Source: a virus (Duplodnaviria > Caudoviricetes). From it: a stretch of DNA of 55,094 bases. Shown piece by piece: positions 36,547 through 43,963 of this stretch (position 1 is the stretch's first letter; each line of letters starts with the position of its first letter). Made by a program: the position numbers and the translations under genes. Under the pieces are notes generated by a model, which was given only the letters and a program-made list of their open reading frames with translations, searched no databases and was not told where the DNA came from. The stretch spans positions 1 to 55,094 of IMG/VR virus record IMGVR_UViG_3300020074_000024. One strand, given 5' to 3'.

Positions 36547-38764
36547 TTGTTCCAGCCGCCTCTTGGCGGTAGAACTCATAGACGGGTCGAAACTTGTCCC
36601 AAAGCTGAGCCTTAATCTGTTCCCGTCGCGAATCGGCCTGCTCCCTCATGCTCCCGTCTCGCTGCCTGTACCAGAACAACGGCTCAGCAACCTTGACCCC
36701 ATACCAGCCCCGTGTGCCCGCCATTATCCAAAAGGCGTAGTCCTCCCAACCAAGGGTAAAGTCCTCGGGGTATCCCCCAATCTCCTCCCACATGCAGCGG
36801 GGGTATAGGGATGTAGCAAACATCATGCCCCGCTGAAGCATGGCCTCAAAGCTGTACTCCGGCTGGACGTGAGTGGTTTTCGAACCATCGTCCCGGAAGG
36901 CGACAAAGTCGGTATAGACAATGTTTCGCCCGTTCTGGGCAGCCAGCGTCCTCTCCAGAAAAGTTGGGGCGATGGCATCGTCTGCGTCGAGAGGCAGAAT
37001 GTACGTCCCCCTGGCCCGGCTTACCCCAGCGTTACGCGCCGCCGGAAGGCCCTTGTTGCGCTGGCTGATGTAGCGCACCCGCGGCTCATCCTCGTATGCC
37101 CGCAATGCCTTGCGAGTATCCCCAGGCGAGCCGTCATTCACAACGATGCATTCCCAGTCCTGGAACGTCTGCCCGATAACGCTGTCCACCGCCTGCGCGA
37201 GGTATTGCTCATGAGCGTAGCATGGAATGATAATACTCACAGTGGGTTTGTACACTCTGGGGTGATACGCATTCACCACCGCCCGCAGTCGGGCAACCTG
37301 GCTTTGGCTCTCCGCGTTGCGGCCAGTGTCATTCATGCGGTAGCCCCACAAGTATTCGTCCACCCACTTGCCAGTGTACCCAGCCTCCGCGATGGACAAC
37401 CAGAACTCATAATCTTCCCAAGACGGGTTGATGTCCTTGTACCCGCCGGCCCTCTCCCACGCCTCCCTGCGAAACAGGGACGCGCAACCGACATAGTTGC
37501 CAGCCTGTAGCTTGCGGGCATTGTACTCCTGGGAGCGAACCCCATTGCTCGTACCGATAATTGCAAAGTTGCTGTAGGCAAAACCAACCCCAGGAGCCAT
37601 GTGAGGCAACATCTTCTCCAGGTAGTTAACGCTCAAAACATCGTCCCCGTCCAGGCACACAACGAACCGCCCCCTGGCCTTCTGAACGCCAAGGTTGCGA
37701 GCCTTGGCCGCGCTGCCAGTGTTCCTGCGAGTGCGAATGGCCTTAACCCGCCCCTTGGATATAATCCCCCAGGAGCCGTCAGTGCTCCTGTCGTCCACGA
37801 CAATTACCTCAGCGGGTACAGTTTGCCGCAGGGCAGACTCGATGGCGTCCCCGATGTACTGCTCCTTGTTGTAGCAGGTGATTACAATACTGGCCTCCGG
37901 CCCCTTATGAACAACGCGCCTGGAGTCCTCGTAACAGGATATGTACTGCCGGATGACCCTGTCCCACGTATAGTGCGCCGCCACTATCTCGCGGCCAGCC
38001 TCGCCGAGGCGACCCCTGTTGGCTATAGCCTGCCTCACCGCCTCAGGCAAATCCACCTGCCTGTCGCATAGCACGCCGGGCACGCCATGCTCGAACACCT
38101 CCTGCGTTCCGCCGTAAGCCATGCTAACCACAGAAACGGCCATAGACATGGCTTCCAAGACCTGAATGGAAAAACACTCCAGGGTGGTTGCCAGCAAACA
38201 AGCCGCCCCGCCAAGCCACGCCAGCGCGTCCTCGCGGCTCAACTTGCCAGTGACCCGCACGTTCGGTGGAATAGCCACCCCGTCCGGCACACTCACGAAA
38301 ACATAGGGGATGTCCGGGGTCTGCTCAGCCACCCACAAGGCTAGGCGCGCTCCCTCGTCCACCACGCCGCCTCCACACACTTTGCCAAAGAACACGTATC
38401 CCTGCGGCTCGACACGCGCAAATAAATCTGTGCCGTTAGGGATGATACGCACGTCCCTGCGCCTGTAGGAGCCAACGCCCCAGCGGCAAGGGCTGGTGAC
38501 TGTGGTGGCAGTCAAGAGGTTCCAGTAAATTGTGTTGTTGGCCTCCCTCTCCCAATCACTGCGAACGGGAGGGGGATATACGCCGTGACACGTGTACACA
38601 TCCACCTGGGGAGATGCGGCAATCGCATGACAGTGAACAATGTCCGCTACGTCAGCTTCCACAATCTCTATCCCGAAAGAAGGAAGCCTGGCGCGAAGCT
38701 CCTGCGTCACGCGGGCGACCCCGCCAAACCCAACCTCCTCAGGCAGAACAGCTACCCTCACCAT
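36542..38764 (-). CDS. Triple-domain glycosyltransferase (GT4 + GT2 + GT2)
   Basis: ECFSIQVLEAMS (GT4); ASIVITCYN..VDDRSTD..LDGDD and VSIIIPCY..VNDGSP..LDADD..EDY (two GT2); ATG 38764 with AGGAGG RBS. Confidence 0.92.
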   Translation of the reverse strand: MVRVAVLPEEVGFGGVARVTQELRARLPSFGIEIVEADVADIVHCHAIAASPQVDVYTCHGVYPPPVRSDWEREANNTIYWNLLTATTVTSPCRWGVGSYRRRDVRIIPNGTDLFARVEPQGYVFFGKVCGGGVVDEGARLALWVAEQTPDIPYVFVSVPDGVAIPPNVRVTGKLSREDALAWLGGAACLLATTLECFSIQVLEAMSMAVSVVSMAYGGTQEVFEHGVPGVLCDRQVDLPEAVRQAIANRGRLGEAGREIVAAHYTWDRVIRQYISCYEDSRRVVHKGPEASIVITCYNKEQYIGDAIESALRQTVPAEVIVVDDRSTDGSWGIISKGRVKAIRTRRNTGSAAKARNLGVQKARGRFVVCLDGDDVLSVNYLEKMLPHMAPGVGFAYSNFAIIGTSNGVRSQEYNARKLQAGNYVGCASLFRREAWERAGGYKDINPSWEDYEFWLSIAEAGYTGKWVDEYLWGYRMNDTGRNAESQSQVARLRAVVNAYHPRVYKPTVSIIIPCYAHEQYLAQAVDSVIGQTFQDWECIVVNDGSPGDTRKALRAYEDEPRVRYISQRNKGLPAARNAGVSRARGTYILPLDADDAIAPTFLERTLAAQNGRNIVYTDFVAFRDDGSKTTHVQPEYSFEAMLQRGMMFATSLYPRCMWEEIGGYPEDFTLGWEDYAFWIMAGTRGWYGVKVAEPLFWYRQRDGSMREQADSRREQIKAQLWDKFRPVYEFYRQEAAGTI

Positions 38765-38776
38765 ATCCTCCTGGAT

Positions 38777-38803
38777 AAGGGGGCGGGGTAGCCCCGCCCC
38801 CTT
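38777..38803 (-). terminator. Hairpin after the major capsid gene
   Basis: AAGGGGGCGGGG-cta-CCCCGCCCCCTT, 12-bp arms, weak U-tract. Confidence 0.55.
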
Positions 38804-38810
38804 GCATTCG

Positions 38811-40226
38811 TTATCGTGGCGGAGAGGTCTGAACTGGCGACCAATCCTCCCATCCACCGCACGGCCCGTACGTGTACGGGAGCTGTGCGTATGCAGCCGG
38901 ATTCGTGGGTGGCCTGCCTCCGAAGAAGTACGGGTCACCCGGCTTGGGCTGCATCGGCGGGATGTTGAATGGCGCACAAACGTCCGTGATTCTACCCTGC
39001 AACCAAGGCGTCCGGAGAACCATGCGCGCCTTGGCATAGACCGTCTCGTTGAAACACTCGTTCACATTCTTGCTGTGGGTCAGGAAGCGCCCACCGTCTG
39101 TCACCATCGCGCCCTGGACAAGCCTGTCCTGCGGAATGCCTGCCAGCGTACTGGCAAAGTCCTGGTGCTCCATATACAGGGCCCGACCGCCGCCAACACG
39201 CCTGGTCAGCACGAAGATGTCTGAGCAGAAGAACGGCGCTTCGGATGTCTGTGGTATCCAGTCATTCGTCAAGATACTCACCGGAATACCGTCCACCTCG
39301 AAGATACCCTGGCCGAACGTGCCGGCAGTAGCGATTCGCGCCCGTTCCCTCTGGGACTCTAGCGGGTTGACGTTCACCTCGTTGTACTGCTGCCCCTGGC
39401 ATGGCCCGCAGCCGCAGGCCACGAAGTCAATCAGGGCGTCTCGCATCAAGGACGTCATAACCAGCGCGATGTCGTCAGGAGCAACCCCGCCCAAGAAGCG
39501 GGCCCTTGTCCTGATGCGCCGCACGATGTCCCTGATGTAGTCACATATGCTGTTGTTCATGGCATTGGCGCCCCACTGCACGATAAGTGGCTCGGCGTCC
39601 TGGCAGCGCGCCCCTGTCCGGTAGTCAATCACCGGCGTGCTGATGAGGCGCTGAAGCCCGTCAAAGTGCAAGGCGCTTGTCTGCCGGTTGCCAATGACGA
39701 GCATCCTCTCGTATGCCTGGCGCAAAACGAAGCTGGCCAGGCTTATCTGCCACATGCGCTCGTCTGTGATTCGCTGGTTTGCGCTTGGCCCGCGTATCAC
39801 GTATCGCGGCTCAATGTCGCATCCCCGCAAGCCCAACTGAAGCAGGCTGAGGTCTGCGCCTGAGAAGGACATCTCGCCAAAACAGTAGAGTAGCTCGCAC
39901 TTGCCATGCTCTACCCTGGGCGAGTCCTCGCAGGGGCCCTCGCGTTCCCACACAGGGCTGTTCGCAGACGTCCCTTGCGGCCCAATCCAGCCCATCAGCT
40001 TGACCGGGTGGGGGTCAACATCGCTGCCCTCCGTGCCCAACCAGGTGCTCAGCATGTCGTCGGTGATAAGAGTAGATATCAACTCGTTGCCACCACAATA
40101 GCTGAACATCCCCTGGCCGTATATCCATGTCTGCGGCTGCAACAGGGCAGTGCCAGCCGCCACATTCACCTTCTCTCGCTCGAGGTAGCCCTTGATGGCC
40201 TCAAGCAGTCCAGTCTCAATGCTCAT
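38811..40226 (-). CDS. Major capsid protein
   Basis: Follows protease/scaffold; ATG 40226 (MSIETG); G.....HFDGL and DGIPV HK97-fold-like motifs; followed by a hairpin. Confidence 0.8.
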   Translation of the reverse strand: MSIETGLLEAIKGYLEREKVNVAAGTALLQPQTWIYGQGMFSYCGGNELISTLITDDMLSTWLGTEGSDVDPHPVKLMGWIGPQGTSANSPVWEREGPCEDSPRVEHGKCELLYCFGEMSFSGADLSLLQLGLRGCDIEPRYVIRGPSANQRITDERMWQISLASFVLRQAYERMLVIGNRQTSALHFDGLQRLISTPVIDYRTGARCQDAEPLIVQWGANAMNNSICDYIRDIVRRIRTRARFLGGVAPDDIALVMTSLMRDALIDFVACGCGPCQGQQYNEVNVNPLESQRERARIATAGTFGQGIFEVDGIPVSILTNDWIPQTSEAPFFCSDIFVLTRRVGGGRALYMEHQDFASTLAGIPQDRLVQGAMVTDGGRFLTHSKNVNECFNETVYAKARMVLRTPWLQGRITDVCAPFNIPPMQPKPGDPYFFGGRPPTNPAAYAQLPYTYGPCGGWEDWSPVQTSPPR

Positions 40227-40227
40227 G

Positions 40228-41322
40228 TCATCCACCCCTCGCTGCCCTGTGCTCCTGAATCGCCTTGATGCTGTCCGCGAGATTGCGGGGCTTGGGAGCC
40301 TCGGCAGGTGCGGGAGCCTCCTTCTGGGCCTCCCCCCTGGTAGCGAACCACACCTCGCGCTTAGGAAGCGCCTCAAGTGCAGCCTTGATTTTTTCGTCGT
40401 CATTCTCTTTCAGTGCCTTGACCTGGTCGGCAAGAACAACCAAAGCGTCCTTCACCGAGTCAAGGTCTGCGGGCTTCAGCAAAGCGGCGACTTTTCCTGC
40501 AATAGCCTCAATGACGTCGTCACTGAGCACGATGCTCTGCACGGTCTGCTCTTCTTTGCTTTGCAAGCCCGCCAGCTCAGCGGCTTTGTCCCTGGCCTCC
40601 ACGGCCTCCAGAAAAGCCTTGGCTTGTTCAGGCCCAACCAGCTCACTGAGCGCGTTTCTCTGCTCGTCAGTCATCTCCATCTCCTCTGGGGCCGAAAACG
40701 AAGTCAGCACATTGGCCGCCCTGCCCTTTGGTAACAGGCTCAGCTCCACCGTGCGGAACCAGTCGTAGACCCCATCTGTGAATTGCTTCTCGTCCCACAT
40801 GAACCGGTGGGACATGCCCCAGTCACCCCAGTCCTGAATGGCGCTGGCGATTTTGAGGCCCCACTCGTTCAGTGTTCCAGCGGCCACTCCGAAGCGGCCC
40901 TGAATGTCCATCCACTCCACCGTGCCGATGGGGTGAGGCATGTGCCAGAACCAAAGCTCCGGCAGCCTGTGTTCCTTGTTCGCCCATTCCGTGTACTCGG
41001 CAATGGCTGCGGTGGAAAGTATTTCTCTGTCCCTGTCCTCAAAGGCGTTAGTCCACGCCCCGACCCACTTGTTGCCGATGGCCTTGAAGCCAACCTGCTT
41101 TTTGTGCTCCTTGACCCAAGCCTCGGCTTTCTCCTCGTCCCATTTCTCCTTGTCAAACAGGTAGGTCTGAATTGTCGTGGACTCCTCGCCTTCGAGCTTG
41201 CCAACCACCGCCTTAATGCCCTTCTCCTCAGACACATCAATCGTGCGGAAAGAATCCTTCTCAAAATCCTCAGGGTCGCGGACTCTCACCCGCACATAGT
41301 TATCCGTTGTTTCTACCGGCAT
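40228..41322 (-). CDS. Prohead protease/scaffold with extra N-terminal domain
   Basis: NAFEDRDRE, LWFWH...IG, GMSHRF, ELSLLP..RAAN..T (HK97-type protease), then an acidic coiled-coil scaffold. Confidence 0.82.
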   Translation of the reverse strand: MPVETTDNYVRVRVRDPEDFEKDSFRTIDVSEEKGIKAVVGKLEGEESTTIQTYLFDKEKWDEEKAEAWVKEHKKQVGFKAIGNKWVGAWTNAFEDRDREILSTAAIAEYTEWANKEHRLPELWFWHMPHPIGTVEWMDIQGRFGVAAGTLNEWGLKIASAIQDWGDWGMSHRFMWDEKQFTDGVYDWFRTVELSLLPKGRAANVLTSFSAPEEMEMTDEQRNALSELVGPEQAKAFLEAVEARDKAAELAGLQSKEEQTVQSIVLSDDVIEAIAGKVAALLKPADLDSVKDALVVLADQVKALKENDDEKIKAALEALPKREVWFATRGEAQKEAPAPAEAPKPRNLADSIKAIQEHRAARGG

Positions 41323-41999
41323 AGCTCCTCCCAGGGCCATTCATCGAGCAGGCCCTTGGCTTCCACTTGTCTGTCGGCAAGGCAGTGTTGCTTCTGCTTG
41401 CCAAGTCGCATGTACACGTCCCCGTCCCTGGCGCTGCGCTTGAGGCGATGGACGTGCAGCCCGTGATAAGGCCGTTTGTAGCTGTTGAAGTAATGAAAAA
41501 GCGCCTTGTCATGCAGCGCGAGGTCAAATGACTCAGGGCATTCAAAAGGGTACTCGCCGTTCCAAGCGTCTGTCAACGGGAAGAGCGCCGCCCGGTTGAA
41601 CACGTCGTCAAGCAAGATAAAGTCCTGGCCCTGCTGTTCAATCGTCACCAGCTTGGTCATGCCCATTCGCGCAGGCATGTCCTGGGACAGTATCTCGTCA
41701 ATGCCGCTGGGATAGTATATCTCGTCGCCGTCCACCTGGAAGCCCCAGGTGAACCCCTCCCTGATCGCCTGCTGCGCCAAATCACCACGAATCCCGCCGA
41801 GCTTTCGGGCATCGCACTCCCCGTACTGAGTCAGCCTGGCCCAGGGCTCAAACTGCTGAACACTCGCCACGGTAGCATCGGTTGACCCCGTATCGCCAAC
41901 AAAGCAAGCGGAGAACCTGTGCAGCGAGGAGAGAATGGCGTGAATGAAAAACTCCTCGTTGCGTATCATCAGCAAGGGAGCTATACTTGCGGGAACCAC
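41313..41999 (-). CDS. Glycosyltransferase family 2
   Basis: MIRNEE, VGDTGSTDAT, QVDGDE. Confidence 0.85.
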   Translation of the reverse strand: MVPASIAPLLMIRNEEFFIHAILSSLHRFSACFVGDTGSTDATVASVQQFEPWARLTQYGECDARKLGGIRGDLAQQAIREGFTWGFQVDGDEIYYPSGIDEILSQDMPARMGMTKLVTIEQQGQDFILLDDVFNRAALFPLTDAWNGEYPFECPESFDLALHDKALFHYFNSYKRPYHGLHVHRLKRSARDGDVYMRLGKQKQHCLADRQVEAKGLLDEWPWEELCR

Positions 42000-42346
42000 T
42001 CGACCTCACAGCACTGCACGTAGCCGAACGGCGCGGTCGTGCCTGCGCCGACCACGCTCTCCACGTCGCCTGAGTGTATGGTCAGTCGCACCCTCTCCAG
42101 TCCAGAACATGACACGGCGTAAAGGCCCGATGCATTGATGGTGTTGGCCATCTCCCTGTCGTCGAGGCTTATCGCCGCAATGGGATACCAGACCGACCCG
42201 TCCAGTGCGCCAAAGACACGGATGACCGGCGACATCTTGCTCACGACCTGCAACAGGAGCGCGGCCCGCCCATCCACCACATAATCGGCAGAGACCCCCG
42301 CGTCCGTCTTACCGAAAAGTTGCTTAACGTCTGTCTGCCACTTCAT
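41981..42346 (-). CDS. hypothetical beta-rich protein
   Basis: ATG 42346 with GGAGGGGG RBS. Confidence 0.65.
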   Translation of the reverse strand: MKWQTDVKQLFGKTDAGVSADYVVDGRAALLLQVVSKMSPVIRVFGALDGSVWYPIAAISLDDREMANTINASGLYAVSCSGLERVRLTIHSGDVESVVGAGTTAPFGYVQCCEVEWFPQV

Positions 42347-42356
42347 GTCCCCCTCC

Positions 42357-42391
42357 AAAAAGAAAAGAGCCGCGAGTTGGCTCGCGGCTCT
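42357..42391 (-). terminator. Intrinsic terminator
   Basis: AGAGCCGCGAG-ccaa-CTCGCGGCTCT followed by TTTCTTTTT. Confidence 0.82.
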
Positions 42392-42397
42392 ATCCTT

Positions 42398-42425
42398 AGT
42401 ATAGGGAAAACTATTTACTTGTCAA
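42398..42425 (-). promoter_or_regulatory. Promoter-like TTGACA-N16-TATACT immediately upstream of a terminator
   Basis: agtata 42398-42403, tgtcaa 42420-42425. Confidence 0.55.
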
Positions 42426-42683
42426 ATTGGGTAAAGTCCACCGAATGCTCATTGCTTTCCCCCCTTCACGATTCTCACGACCGGCGCCCCTTGCTTGCGG
42501 AACCCCTCGATTATGTTTCTCACTGGGCTCCTCTCTACGCAACAGAATGCCGTCGCGCACCGGCACAATACACAAGACGTCGCCGGGCTTCACGTACTCC
42601 GTGAGGTAGTCACCGCGGATGCGAATCATGACAGTGTTCTTGGCGTCACCGGCAGCGTAGGTGGTTACTGTAGTCTTTCTCAT
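42411..42683 (-). CDS. AbrB/SymE-like swapped-hairpin protein
   Basis: MIRIRGDYL...KPGDVL.IVP..DGILLRR; ATG 42683 by ATGA overlap. Confidence 0.55.
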   Translation of the reverse strand: MRKTTVTTYAAGDAKNTVMIRIRGDYLTEYVKPGDVLCIVPVRDGILLRREEPSEKHNRGVPQARGAGRENREGGKAMSIRWTLPNLTSK

Positions 42684-43150
42684 TTGACCTCCTTCCACTC
42701 GCAGCCAGTGTATCGCCAGCGGGTGTCCGGGTGAGCCTTGACCATCTTCGCCAAAGTCCCGGAGTCGAGCTTCCAAGACAAGCTCGGAGATAGCCACGCA
42801 ATGACGCCCCACTTGAACGCCTGGTATCTCTCCAGGGCGAACTGCTTGCCGTACTCCTTGCACAGGATTGCCAGGGCCAATTGCGCGGGCCCACTGCCCC
42901 CGTATCCCCAATTGAACTCAGTCGAGTGGTTGACCACATTGCGGAACAGGGGCAGGGGCTCGCCGTTGACCGTCACCTCTTTGTCGAAGGCCCCGTGTAC
43001 GATACCTTCGTACACGTTGCCAAATGTGTATGCCCCATCAGCGAAGCCGGTGGCGTCGCCCACATCAGGCATTTCCGGCTCAAACTCCCAAGGCTCCGGC
43101 ACAACCGAGTGGTCAGCGTCCGGGTCATGAAGATAAGAGATACCGTCCAT
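42680..43150 (-). CDS. DUF6166-like protein
   Basis: NHSTEFNWGYGGSGPAQLALAIL...YQAFK..VIA signature. Confidence 0.75.
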   Translation of the reverse strand: MDGISYLHDPDADHSVVPEPWEFEPEMPDVGDATGFADGAYTFGNVYEGIVHGAFDKEVTVNGEPLPLFRNVVNHSTEFNWGYGGSGPAQLALAILCKEYGKQFALERYQAFKWGVIAWLSPSLSWKLDSGTLAKMVKAHPDTRWRYTGCEWKEVK

Positions 43151-43178
43151 TTTACCCCTCCTTCTCTAATCTAACTAT

Positions 43179-43207
43179 AGTATAGCATATATTGCCTAGT
43201 TTGTCAA
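43179..43207 (-). promoter_or_regulatory. sigma70-type promoter TTGACA-N17-TATACT (extended -10)
   Basis: agtata 43179-43184, tgtcaa 43202-43207; near-identical to the early promoters. Confidence 0.82.
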
Positions 43208-43237
43208 GCGTTTTGACAAAGATTGGCCGACGAGTTT

Positions 43238-43255
43238 TCTAATATTAACATTAGA
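43238..43255. promoter_or_regulatory. Palindromic site TCTAAT-N6-ATTAGA
   Basis: TTTTCTAAT ATTAAC ATTAGAAAA, 30 bp upstream of the -35. Confidence 0.7.
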
Positions 43256-43280
43256 AAAAAAGAGGGGGTTCTACCCCCTC
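43255..43280 (-). terminator. Intrinsic terminator
   Basis: GAGGGGG-tagaa-CCCCCTC followed by T7. Confidence 0.8.
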
Positions 43281-43540
43281 ATGCCGAGCCGCTTCATCAG
43301 CGTCTCCAGGTCGATCAGCACCCCTTCGTGCTTCTTCCTGTTGTACAGCTCCAAATGCCAGTGGCCGTCAATCAGGACAGCCCTGGCAAGTTTCGCCTCC
43401 CCACTACTGATAAAGCCGTTCCCTTGCACGCTCCAGTCGCCAGTGGTGCGCCGAGGGCGCTTGCAGACAGGGCAACAGTGGACGTCACCGTCCAGAGCGT
43501 AACTGATGACCAGCCCGCAGGCACTACACTGCCACGTCAT
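43271..43540 (-). CDS. small zinc-ribbon protein
   Basis: CSAC...CCPVC. Confidence 0.6.
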   Translation of the reverse strand: MTWQCSACGLVISYALDGDVHCCPVCKRPRRTTGDWSVQGNGFISSGEAKLARAVLIDGHWHLELYNRKKHEGVLIDLETLMKRLGMRG

Positions 43541-43745
43541 CGTCCGGCTTGCTCAGGAAAGAGAGCAGTGCCTTCACGGAGACAAGCCCGCCAAATAACC
43601 CCATGAGCATCATCGCCATGAGGCCAAGGCAGCCGGGCGGCTTGTCAACTTCGGCGCGCCTGTAGTAGACCAGGGCCTTGAACGAGCCGTACACGAAATA
43701 CAATACCGGGAACACCAACAACCCTGCCAAAAACTGAATCATCAA
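43524..43745 (-). CDS. small two-TM membrane protein
   Basis: Two hydrophobic segments; overlapping start/stop. Confidence 0.6.
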   Translation of the reverse strand: MMIQFLAGLLVFPVLYFVYGSFKALVYYRRAEVDKPPGCLGLMAMMLMGLFGGLVSVKALLSFLSKPDDDVAV

Positions 43746-43963
43746 TCCTCCATAATCTCGGCTCTGAGGTACGCCCCGTCATACCTCTGCGGCGCACCTT
43801 CGATGGCTTTGCGTACAGCGGCCTCGTCCTTGCGGTCTATGTCGCGCAGCATGTTATCCAGGATTCGCCTGGCAATTACCGTATCTGCCTTAAGGGGCGG
43901 GAATGTGACAAAGCCAAGTGTCACCGGCCCGTCCGCGCTTGTTGTTTCAAAACGAATCCGCAT
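43742..43963 (-). CDS. 73-aa protein, candidate immunity/antitoxin of the portal-fused kinase
   Basis: Overlaps the portal-kinase stop, GGAGGG RBS; function inferred from position only. Confidence 0.6.
   Translation of the reverse strand: MRIRFETTSADGPVTLGFVTFPPLKADTVIARRILDNMLRDIDRKDEAAVRKAIEGAPQRYDGAYLRAEIMED

Noticed and set aside
36542-40403. ORF-track N-terminal extensions of the GT (to 39037) and capsid (to 40403), and similarly 3494, 27324, 28322, 30740 and 51208
   Set aside because: They overlap upstream genes extensively; internal starts with an RBS or stop/start coupling fit better
43201-43245. Divergent plus-strand promoter from TTGACA at 43213-43218
   Set aside because: No well-spaced -10 (TCTAAT is 19 nt away) and no credible plus-strand gene downstream
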